Source: Nitrospinota bacterium
GTDB lineage: Bacteria > UBA8248
Direction: 5' to 3'
NCBI GenBank assembly: GCA_046581755.1
Contig: JAYGFR010000400.1
Coordinates: 1 to 38,424, forward strand
Length of the DNA stretch: 38,424 nucleotides
The translations under genes were made by a program, and so were the position numbers. Within the stretch, counting starts at the first letter, position 1, and each line of letters begins with the position of its first letter. The notes beneath the pieces were generated by a model that saw only the letters and a program-made list of their open reading frames with translations, made no database searches and was not told the origin of the DNA. Of the stretch, positions 19,889 to 28,198 are shown piece after piece.

Positions 19889-20876
19889 ATGCTCTACCGG
19901 ACGCTGGGGAAGTCGGGGCTGAAAGTCTCCGAAATCGGTTTCGGGTGCGGCGCCGTCGGCGGATTGATGACGGGCGAGGATCGGGACGCGCAGCTTCGCG
20001 TGATCGAGCGGGCGCTCGAGTGCGGCATCACCCACTTCGACACGGCGATGTCTTACGGCGACGGGCGATCCGAAACCAATCTGGGGAGGGTCCTCAAGGA
20101 GACCGGGGCCGAGGTCACGCTATCGACCAAGGTGCGCATCGGGCCCGAACGCCCGGACAATCTCAGGGAAACCACGATCGCGCTGGCGGAGCGGAGCCTC
20201 GAGCGCCTGGGGCGGGATTCGGTGGACGTCATTCAGCTTCACGACCCGGTGGCCCCGGACGGGGAGTGGCCGCAGTTTTCCCTGACCCCGGAGGATGTCC
20301 TCGGGCCGGGCGGGGTGGTGGAGGGATTCAAAGCCTTGAGGGAGCGGGGAATGGCCCGGTTTTTTGGTTTCACCGGCCTGGGCGATCCGCGTTCGCTTCA
20401 TACCCTCGTCGAGAGCGGCGAGTTTCATACCCTTCAGGTGTATTACAACCTGCTCAACCCCACGGCGGCCTATCCGGCCCCCGAAGGGTTCCCCGCCCTG
20501 GATTACGGCCTGATCCTCGAGAAAGCGGCCGAGCGGGGGATGGGAGCGTTCGCCATCCGGGTGCTCGCCCGGGGTTCCCTGACGGAAAGTCCCAAGGGAG
20601 GCGGCGGAAAGGACCCGCGCACCCTGTCGCCGGGCTCCGATTATTCGCGGGACATAGAACGGGCGCGAAAGCTGGATTGGCTGGCCGAAGGCCCCATCCG
20701 CACCCTCACCCAGGCGGCTTTTCAATTCGCTCTGATGCGGCCCGAGTTCTCCACCGTCCTCGCGGGGTGCGCCAGCATCTCCGAGGTGGAGGCGGCGGCG
20801 GCCTGCTCGGGCCCCCGAAATCTCCGAGGAGGCCCTGGCCCGCCTGCGGGAGTTGTGGGCGAGCGATTTTGCATAA
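19889..20876 (+). CDS. Aldo/keto reductase, frameshifted near the 3' end
   Basis: YRTLGKSGLKVSEIGFG, FDTAMSYG, STKV, IQLH. After ~20812 the likely native tail PEISEEALARLRELWASDFA* (TAA 20874-20876) is in another frame; the called ORF runs on into the next gene. Confidence 0.82.
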
Positions 20877-20955
20877 AACCGGCCGAAACGATGAAGCCGG
20901 GCCCGTTCGGGCCGGTCGGTCATCCGATCCCGCGTCTTTTTAGGAAGGGAGCATC

Positions 20956-22140
20956 ATGCAATATCCTTTTACCGAAGAGCAGTTGGCCGTCGCCAATCTC
21001 ACCCGGAATTTCATGGAGCGCGAGGTGGCTCCCGTCGCCGCCGAATTCGACGCGCGGCCCGACCCCAAGGATTGTTATCCCCGGGAGCTGATCAACAAGG
21101 CCTCGAAGCTGGGGCTCCGCACCCTCGCCATTCCCGAGGAATACGGGGGGATGGACGCGAATCTGATGACGAAAACCATCGCCCTGTGGACGGGCGGCCA
21201 GATCGAGATCGGCACGATCAAATGCCTGAGCCAGTGCTGGAAGGCCACCACCGCTCTCTCCAAGGCGGGGACCAAGGAGCAAAAAGACCGGTGGCTCAAA
21301 AAATTCGCCCAGGACGACGATGCCATCTGCTCGCTTGCTTCGACCGAGCCCGACCACGGGACGGAAAACCGCCTGCACGGGGGCGACCCCAAGCTCGGGA
21401 TGCGGACGAGCGCCGTGAAGGACGGGGATTATTTCATCATCAACGGAGCGAAGCGCTACACCTCGCTCATGGGGGAATCCAGGCTGATTCTCTTTTATGC
21501 CCGGACGGACCCGGACGCCCCGATGCCCGAGGGCGTCACCTGCTTTATTCTGGACGGAACCGAGGAGGGTATCACCTACGGCCGCACCCACAACAAGATG
21601 GGCTACCGCCTCTATCCGAACCGCGAGAGTTTCTACGACAACGTGCGCGTTCACAAGGACAACGTGCTCGGGGAGGTGAACGGCGCCAGCGCCGTCCGGG
21701 CGACCGTGTTCCGGGGAAGCGCGGAGCTGGCCGCCTGCAACACCAGCCTCTCGCGGAGCCTTTTCCGGATATGCCATGAACACGCCAAGGAGCGGGTCCA
21801 GGGCGGCAAGCCCATCATCGAGCATCTGACCATTCGGCATATGCTCGCCGAGATGATTATGAACATCGAGGTGGCCGAGCAGTTCATGTGGCGCATCTGC
21901 TGGGGGGTGGACAACGACGATTCCTTCAACTCCCGCTTCACCCGGTCGGGCAAGGTATTCAGCGACAAGGTGGGCCTCAAGACCATCGAGTTGGGGCTGG
22001 ATATCCTCGGCGGAATGGGGATCATGCGGGACAGCCCGAGCGAGAAGATTGTCCGTGACCTCCTGACCTTCCTGCACGGCGACGGCACGGACTCGGCCAC
22101 CCTCCTGGAGGCGGCGAACACCTTGGATAATCCAGCCTGA
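20956..22140 (+). CDS. Acyl-CoA dehydrogenase family protein
   Basis: IPEEYGG, STEPDHG, INGAKRY, KMGYR, ERVQGGKPIIEH, ILGGMG. Confidence 0.92.
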   Translation: MQYPFTEEQLAVANLTRNFMEREVAPVAAEFDARPDPKDCYPRELINKASKLGLRTLAIPEEYGGMDANLMTKTIALWTGGQIEIGTIKCLSQCWKATTALSKAGTKEQKDRWLKKFAQDDDAICSLASTEPDHGTENRLHGGDPKLGMRTSAVKDGDYFIINGAKRYTSLMGESRLILFYARTDPDAPMPEGVTCFILDGTEEGITYGRTHNKMGYRLYPNRESFYDNVRVHKDNVLGEVNGASAVRATVFRGSAELAACNTSLSRSLFRICHEHAKERVQGGKPIIEHLTIRHMLAEMIMNIEVAEQFMWRICWGVDNDDSFNSRFTRSGKVFSDKVGLKTIELGLDILGGMGIMRDSPSEKIVRDLLTFLHGDGTDSATLLEAANTLDNPA

Positions 22141-22509
22141 TGGCGATTCCCGGAGAGAGGGAATCCTCCCTCGTTGGGGAAAAACGGGCCGGAGAGCATT
22201 CAAGGGGGGTGTATATAATAAAAATAATTCAATACGCTCCGGCCCTTCGTTTGGCCCTTGAACGTTCGGAGGCGGAACCGGAGTGAGCGTTTCTTCTCGA
22301 TAGGAATTTGATGCGCCCATGGTTTCCGGGGGACGATTGGTGCTAATATGCTTTGGCGTCCGTAGGCAGGGGAGCCTCCGGACTGAATCAAAAGATCAAT
22401 TGATTGAATGATTCAGAGACGCCTCCATTTCATGATGCGCGCCCAACGGTGTCACCCAGGCCCGGCGGCCTTTCGAGTCCGGGGCTCTTCGCGTGCAGGG
22501 AGATCGCCA

Positions 22510-22992
22510 ATGGAAAATCCGATCGAAAGCGGCGGCGCCCCGCTGGCGGAAAACCCGCATTACATCTCCAACCTTCAAAAAGAATACGGTTTCTTCGCCG
22601 ATATGCAGGACGATGAGATCTATCAATTTTTGCGTCTGTGCCACCGGGAAAGTTTCAAGGCCGGAGAGGAGGTCTTCAGCGAAGGGGATCAGGCCGATAC
22701 CTTTTTTCTCATCCTCTCGGGAGAGATCGTCATTACCGTGGGGGATCAGGAATTTTCGCGCCTGAAGTCGGGATATATTTTCGGCGAGATGGGAATTCTC
22801 GAACACGTTCCGCGTAACGCGTCTGCCCGGGCGGTCATGGATTCGGATGTATTTTCGATTTCCCGGATTATTCTGGCCACCCAGGTTCCCGCCCTGGGGT
22901 TTAAGATTGCCTGCAACCTCGCGGTCCAGCTTTCCAACAAGCTTCGCTTGGCGGATGAGCAGCTGAAACAGATGGGTCAGTCGGGAAGCTAA
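22510..22992 (+). CDS. Cyclic nucleotide-binding domain protein (no HTH), paralog of 16878-17465
   Basis: GGGAG RBS; VFSEGDQADTFFLILSGEI and FGEMGIL...PRNASA. Confidence 0.88.
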   Translation: MENPIESGGAPLAENPHYISNLQKEYGFFADMQDDEIYQFLRLCHRESFKAGEEVFSEGDQADTFFLILSGEIVITVGDQEFSRLKSGYIFGEMGILEHVPRNASARAVMDSDVFSISRIILATQVPALGFKIACNLAVQLSNKLRLADEQLKQMGQSGS

Positions 22993-23034
22993 CCGAAGGG
23001 GAGCGGCGAGGGGCCGCCAAAATGCCCTGAAATT

Positions 23035-23268
23035 TCAGGATCCCGCGGTCGAAACCCACAACCCGTCTCGAATCCTTTCATTCAGTCGATCTTCATAGGT
23101 GGGAGGGGTCGATCCCCTCTTAAGCCGATCTGTCGCACTCTTGCCCATCAATTTGAATATACGCTCTTCTTTTTCCCGCATCCGGAGCGTCCATTCCTTG
23201 AGCGGGCCTGCTCCGGCGGATCCGGGATTCATCATTTCGCGGAACAACTCTTTTTTGTAGCGGCTCAT
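23035..23268 (-). CDS. Small hypothetical protein
   Basis: 77-aa charged ORF in an otherwise empty region; no recognisable motif. Confidence 0.4.
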   Translation of the reverse strand: MSRYKKELFREMMNPGSAGAGPLKEWTLRMREKEERIFKLMGKSATDRLKRGSTPPTYEDRLNERIRDGLWVSTAGS

Positions 23269-23450
23269 GCATGACACTTCCAGGGCGCAGAAAAAGGGCG
23301 TAAACCGGCTATTTTGAGCGGATAATTGGGCGAAGACCTTGATAAATCTTATTTTGGGCCACTTTTTTGAAATTTTAAGAAAAAAATTCTTTTATTCCAT
23401 GGCCGCTCCAGCAGGCTCAACTCCTTCGGTGCATATTCGCAGGAGATGAT

Positions 23451-23489
23451 TTAACTAAAATTTAACAGTGGGATGACAAAACCATGACA
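23451..23489. promoter_or_regulatory. Four direct repeats at 11-bp period (OmpR/PhoB-family, pho-box-like)
   Basis: TTAACT 23451, TTAACA 23462, ATGACA 23473, ATGACA 23484; the minus strand reads TGTCAT-N5-TGTCAT. Confidence 0.65.
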
Positions 23490-23523
23490 TAGGAATTTTT
23501 CAGGAAGCGGTACCCTCATCATC

Positions 23524-23635
23524 AGTGGCCAGAGCCCACCAAGGACCTCGCCAGGTAATTTCCCGGGAGGTTTTCCCCTTTCCCTTCTAAATCCCACCGG
23601 CCACCGAGTGGGGCGCCAAGCCCCGCTCTTTTTTT
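23524..23635 (+). ncRNA. Candidate small regulatory RNA
   Basis: Possible -10 TACCCT at 23511. GTGGCC (23525) pairs with GGCCAC (23599) around a pyrimidine-rich interior, followed by a + strand terminator with no + strand CDS feeding it. Confidence 0.5.
23606..23635 (+). terminator. Rho-independent terminator
   Basis: GAGTGGGGC-GCCAA-GCCCCGCTC followed by T7. Confidence 0.8.
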
Positions 23636-23697
23636 GTGTCCGAATTTATGTAACATATTGATATAATTATTAGCGGCCGGACCGGGCGTCCGGGCTA

Positions 23698-24639
23698 TCA
23701 GGCAGCCTCAGATATGTCCTGGATGATATTCCGCATAATTTCATCGGCCCTCTCGTTGGGAACCTGACAGGTTCCGGCCCCCTCGTGCCCCCCGCCGCCG
23801 TATTTCAGCATCCCCATCCCGGCGTTGTAGCGTGAACTCCGGTCGAAAATGGATTTTCCGACCGCAATCACCGTGTTTTTCTTCTCCCGGCCCCAGAAGA
23901 TGTGCAGGGAAATGTTGGTTTCCGGGAATAACGCATAGGGCAGGAAACGGTTGCCGGCCAGGATCGGGTCCTCTTCCCGTAAATCGATAACAATTATTTT
24001 CTCCCGTAGCTCCGAGCATTTCCGGATTTGCTCCCTGAATTTTTCCTCGAGGACGAAATAGCGGTCCGATCGTTCGGTGATGTCGTACCGCTCCATGACC
24101 TTTTCGATGGGTAGTTTCCGGCAGAGGTCGGTCAACTTTATCATCAGCGCCTGGTCGGATACGGCGAAGTCCCGGAAGCGGCCGAGCCCGGTTCTCGGGT
24201 CGAGCAGGAAATGAAGAAGAATCCAGCCGCGCGGATGGAAAATTTCCTCCCTCGTAAACTGGGCGGAGTCCGCCTTGTTGACCGCCGCCATCATCTCCCG
24301 GGTATAGGCCGGAAACTTCGCCGTGCCGCCGAAATGATCGTACAGCACCTGGGAAGCCGACGGCGCCCCTGGGTCGAGAACGTAATTCTCGCGCGGCCCC
24401 ACGCGGTTGGCTTCGCTCGCGTGGTGGTCAAACGCCAGGTGGATTCCCTCGGCATAGGGCAGGTTGGTGGAGATGTCGTGGCTGGAGACCCGGACCTTGC
24501 CGTCCTGCATGTCCTTGGGATGAACGAAATCGAATTCCTCGATCATGCCGAGCTCTTTGAGCAATACGGCGCTGGCCAGGCCGTCGAAATCGTGCCGCGT
24601 GATCAGGCGGAACTTGGTCCCCTCGCTCGTCGGTCTCAT
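23698..24639 (-). CDS. DHH family phosphoesterase (nanoRNase/exopolyphosphatase-like)
   Basis: RLITRHDFDGL, FVHPKDMQDG, AFDHH, KADSAQF, YGGGGHEGAGTCQV. Confidence 0.9.
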   Translation of the reverse strand: MRPTSEGTKFRLITRHDFDGLASAVLLKELGMIEEFDFVHPKDMQDGKVRVSSHDISTNLPYAEGIHLAFDHHASEANRVGPRENYVLDPGAPSASQVLYDHFGGTAKFPAYTREMMAAVNKADSAQFTREEIFHPRGWILLHFLLDPRTGLGRFRDFAVSDQALMIKLTDLCRKLPIEKVMERYDITERSDRYFVLEEKFREQIRKCSELREKIIVIDLREEDPILAGNRFLPYALFPETNISLHIFWGREKKNTVIAVGKSIFDRSSRYNAGMGMLKYGGGGHEGAGTCQVPNERADEIMRNIIQDISEAA

Positions 24640-24802
24640 CCCCTTTATCTGGATATATTCAACCACCTTCAAGAGAGGGGGGCGAATTGTCAAGACCCGG
24701 GGAACCGCCTGCCCCGCGCCGGGGTTGTGGTTCCGCGCCGGGGTTGCGGCCCCGGCTCCGGCCCATTATTTTGATGTCCATCCCCGAGATAGGAGAATTC
24801 CC

Positions 24803-25723
24803 GTGGCCATTACCCTCATCGAAAATTTCCGGGCGGTATTTTATGCGCCCTTCTACGCCGCTTTCGTCCTCGGGGCCTATGCCGCCGAGGGAGTCGAGGT
24901 CGATCAAAGACCATCGTCCGGTCCCGCCGAGACGGCAAAAGCCTTGCTCACGGGAGGCGGAGATGTCGTCTGGGGCGGTCCCATGCGCGTGCTCGTCGCC
25001 GGGGACGCCGATCCGGACTGTGGCCTGGTCTCGTTTTGCGAGATCGTGGAGCGGGACCCCTTTTTTATCCTCGGCCGCGGTCCGGCGCCCGGGGGCGGGT
25101 TTGGGGGGATCATGGATAAAAAGGTGGCCACGGTGCGCGAGGTGCCCACGCCCTGGATGTGCTTCCAGGACGACCTGCGCCGGGCCGGCCTCGATCCCGA
25201 TGCCCTGGACCGGAGCCCGGATCGCTCGATGGGCGAGAACGCCGATGCCCTGGCCGCCGGAGAGGTGGATGCCGTCCAGGTGTTCCAGCCCCTGGCCGAA
25301 AATCTGATTGAAGAGGCGGGCGCGCGGATCTGGTATACGGCGGCGGAACGCGGCCTCACCAGCTACACGGTTTTTTCCACCACGCGGGCGTTCATGGCGC
25401 GCGAGCCGGATTCCCTGTTGCGGATGACGCGCGCCATGTACCGGACCCAGAAATGGATCGCGGCGCACAGCGCGGAGGATTTCGCCGAATGCATCTCCGG
25501 CTACTTTCCCGATATGCCGCCCGAGGCGCTGGCCCGGTCGCTGGACCGGTATCTCAAGCTCGGCATCTGGAACCGGACCCCCATTCTGAAGCGCGAGGGT
25601 TTCGACCGGCTCCGCGCGGCCTGCATCTCGGGCGGCCTGATCCGGGAAGGTATTCCCTACGAGGTGGCCGTCGATATGCGCTTCGCCGAAACCGCCCTCC
25701 GGGAGGACCCGGACTCCATGTAG
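24803..25723 (+). CDS. ABC-type substrate-binding protein (NitT/TauT, NMT1/THI5-like)
   Basis: AGGAG RBS and GTG; ENFRAVFYAPFY, WGGPMR, GEVDAVQVFQP; no signal peptide visible. Confidence 0.82.
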   Translation: MAITLIENFRAVFYAPFYAAFVLGAYAAEGVEVDQRPSSGPAETAKALLTGGGDVVWGGPMRVLVAGDADPDCGLVSFCEIVERDPFFILGRGPAPGGGFGGIMDKKVATVREVPTPWMCFQDDLRRAGLDPDALDRSPDRSMGENADALAAGEVDAVQVFQPLAENLIEEAGARIWYTAAERGLTSYTVFSTTRAFMAREPDSLLRMTRAMYRTQKWIAAHSAEDFAECISGYFPDMPPEALARSLDRYLKLGIWNRTPILKREGFDRLRAACISGGLIREGIPYEVAVDMRFAETALREDPDSM

Positions 25724-25786
25724 CGCCGCCGGGCGGCCATGGCCCGCCCGGGATGATTTTTTATTTTTTTGAAACGGGGATCAGAC

Positions 25787-26197
25787 ATGAACACAGAGAG
25801 CGGAAAATCGCTGGCCGATCAAATCGCCGAGCGCCGGGGAAAGCGCTACCCGGCCCATGCGTTTATCGCGGAAAAATTTCCCGACTACATGAAAGCGCTT
25901 CTCCATCTGGACGAAGTGATTCGCGAGAAAGACCGCCTGTTCGACGAAAAAATGCACGAGCTGTTCCACATCCTCGCCCTCGCGGTGGCGGGCTCCAACC
26001 CCCACAACCAGCCCCACCTGAAGCAGCACCTGAAAAAAGGCCTTCAGCTCGGGCTCGCGCCCGAGGAGATCGGCGAGGCCCTGATGGTGTGCGTGAACCC
26101 GTGCGGCGCGAAGGTGCTGACCTACGGTGTGACCTGCATGCTCGAGGCCATGGAAGAGCTCGAGGCCGAGGGCTGGCGGCCGCCCGAAACCGGATAA
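25787..26197 (+). CDS. Carboxymuconolactone decarboxylase family protein
   Basis: LFDEKMHELFHILALAV...LKQHLKKGLQLGLAPEEIGEAL. Confidence 0.8.
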   Translation: MNTESGKSLADQIAERRGKRYPAHAFIAEKFPDYMKALLHLDEVIREKDRLFDEKMHELFHILALAVAGSNPHNQPHLKQHLKKGLQLGLAPEEIGEALMVCVNPCGAKVLTYGVTCMLEAMEELEAEGWRPPETG

Positions 26198-26222
26198 GCG
26201 GGCCGGATAAGCGCGTGGGGCC

Positions 26223-26552
26223 TCATGCCGTAGCGTCAATCACCTCTTTCCGGAGCGGGGTGTAGATGCCGATGTAGGTGATGGGGGTGTGGGCTTCGAG
26301 CCCGTGGAGGACCCCCGCCGGGATGTGGACCACACCGCCCGCCTCGATCTCCCGGCTTTCGCCGTCGACGGTGAAGCGGGCATTCCCCTTTTGTAGATAG
26401 ACGAGCTGCTCGCTGTCGTGGGTGTGCTCCTGGGTGGTTCCCGCCTCCCGCTCGACGTAGATGAGCATGACGTTCTCCCCGGCCACCACTCGGCGCTTGC
26501 GCCCGGGCATGTCTTGCTCCTCCACGTTGCTCAAATCGTAGAAATGCTCCAT
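26223..26552 (-). CDS. Cupin domain protein
   Basis: GAGGAG RBS; HTHDSEQ and HIPAGVLHG; similar to 6979-7335. Confidence 0.88.
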   Translation of the reverse strand: MEHFYDLSNVEEQDMPGRKRRVVAGENVMLIYVEREAGTTQEHTHDSEQLVYLQKGNARFTVDGESREIEAGGVVHIPAGVLHGLEAHTPITYIGIYTPLRKEVIDATA

Positions 26553-26784
26553 TCCGATCTCCTCGTTTCGAAACCTTCAGATAGCGGGTTCGCGGCGCCG
26601 TCATGGTTTCCGCCTGGCCGCCGCCGCGGCGATTTCCCGGCGCCGGGTTGCGGCGGCGGCGGTATCCCATTTACCTTGTCTTCATCATTTTTGATTCGCC
26701 CTTTCGCGCCCGCGACCGTGCGGGAAGGGATGCCGGCCGGTGCGGCCGGCGGGGGCGGACACCATCGTCTCAGGAGAACTTATT

Positions 26785-27336
26785 ATGGCACGGCTACCCA
26801 TCATATCCGCTGAGGACATGAATGAGAATCAGCGAAATATCCACGACAGGATTCTTTCCGGAAAGCGCGCCGGTTTTCGCGGGCCGTTCAACATCTGGGT
26901 TCACAGCCCGGGGTTTTTGGACGTTCTCGAAAAGGTGGGGGCCTACCTTCGCTTCGACAGCGCCCTGGATCCGCGCTTGAGCGAGATGGCGATCCTGATC
27001 ACCGCCCGATTCTGGACCGCGCAATACGAGTGGTTCGCCCATGAGCCGCACGCGCTCAAGGGGGGCCTCGACCCGGCGATCATCTCGGCCATCGCGGAGC
27101 GGCGAAGGCCCGAAAACATGAAGCCCGACGAGGAGGCCCTCTACGATTTTTGCACCGAGCTTCACGAGACGCACGCCGTCGGCGACGCCGCCTACCGGGC
27201 GGCCTTCGATCAGTTCGGCGAGCGGGGGGTGGTCGAGCTGACCGGGCTCATCGGCCACTACACGATGGTCTCGATGACGCTGAACGCTTTCGAGGTGGAA
27301 ATTCCCGGCGGGAATGACCTTCCCCTGTCCGTGTAG
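26785..27336 (+). CDS. Carboxymuconolactone decarboxylase family protein
   Basis: AGGAG RBS; GPFNIWVHSP, RLSEMAILITAR, YEWFAH, GVVELTGLIGHY. Confidence 0.88.
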   Translation: MARLPIISAEDMNENQRNIHDRILSGKRAGFRGPFNIWVHSPGFLDVLEKVGAYLRFDSALDPRLSEMAILITARFWTAQYEWFAHEPHALKGGLDPAIISAIAERRRPENMKPDEEALYDFCTELHETHAVGDAAYRAAFDQFGERGVVELTGLIGHYTMVSMTLNAFEVEIPGGNDLPLSV

Positions 27337-27375
27337 TGCCTGGAAAGGAATAATGTCCGGAAAGGAGCCGTTCGA

Positions 27376-28158
27376 ATGAGTGTAGCGGAGAAAATGAATC
27401 TGGAGGGCGCCGCGGCCTTCGTCACGGGCGCGAGCCGGGGCTTGGGCCGCGCGTCGGCGCTGGCGCTCGCCGAGGCGGGCGCGGACGTGGCCCTGGGCGC
27501 GACGCGGGAGGACCTGCTGGAGGAGGTGGCGGGAGCCGTTCGGGCGATGGGCCGCCGGGCGGCGGTCTGTCCGCTGGATGTTTCCGATCCGGTCTCGGCG
27601 CGGGATGCCCTCGATCGGGCGGCGGGGGAGATGGGACGCCTCGACATCCTCGTCAACGCCGCCGGGGTCTGCCCCCGTGTTCCGGCGCTCGGCACATCGG
27701 ACGGGGAGCTTGCGGACACCTTCGCCGTCAACGTGTATGGCACCTTTTATCTCTGCACGGCGGCCGTTCCTCACATGCAAAAGCCCGAGGTTCAACGATC
27801 CGGCGGCGGGCGCATCGTCAACTTCGGCTCGGTGGCCGGGCTCCGCGCCCGGCCGGGGCTGCCCGTATACGCGGCGGCCAAGGCGGCCGTGCACAATCTC
27901 ACCCAGTCCTTCGCCGCCGATTGGGCCCCGCTAGGCATCCGCGTCAACGCCGTCGTCCCCGGCCAGTACGACACCGACATGGGCGCCTCCCTCATGAACG
28001 ATCCCGAGGCGCTGGCCGCCTACGTGAAGAAAATGCCCATGGGCCGCGTCGGATCGCCCGAGGAGATGCCCGCGATGGTGCTCTACCTGTGCTCGAATGC
28101 CTCCTCCTACGTGACGGGCGCCCTCATGATCATGGACGGCGGGCTCACCCTGCAATGA
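27376..28158 (+). CDS. Short-chain dehydrogenase/reductase
   Basis: TGASRGLG, DILVNAAG, YAAAK, IRVNAVVPG, YVTG...DGG. Confidence 0.93.
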   Translation: MSVAEKMNLEGAAAFVTGASRGLGRASALALAEAGADVALGATREDLLEEVAGAVRAMGRRAAVCPLDVSDPVSARDALDRAAGEMGRLDILVNAAGVCPRVPALGTSDGELADTFAVNVYGTFYLCTAAVPHMQKPEVQRSGGGRIVNFGSVAGLRARPGLPVYAAAKAAVHNLTQSFAADWAPLGIRVNAVVPGQYDTDMGASLMNDPEALAAYVKKMPMGRVGSPEEMPAMVLYLCSNASSYVTGALMIMDGGLTLQ

Positions 28159-28198
28159 GTCTTCCTGTGAATACCGGCGTTTCCCCGAAAGGATAGAT

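Noticed and set aside
22339..22351. Possible sigma-54 promoter (TGGTGC...TGC)
   Set aside because: The GG-GC spacing is 9 nt, not the required 10.
26190..26213. Tandem CCGGATAAGCG duplication resembling a REP half-site
   Set aside because: Only two adjacent copies at a stop codon, with no palindrome and no other copies noticed.
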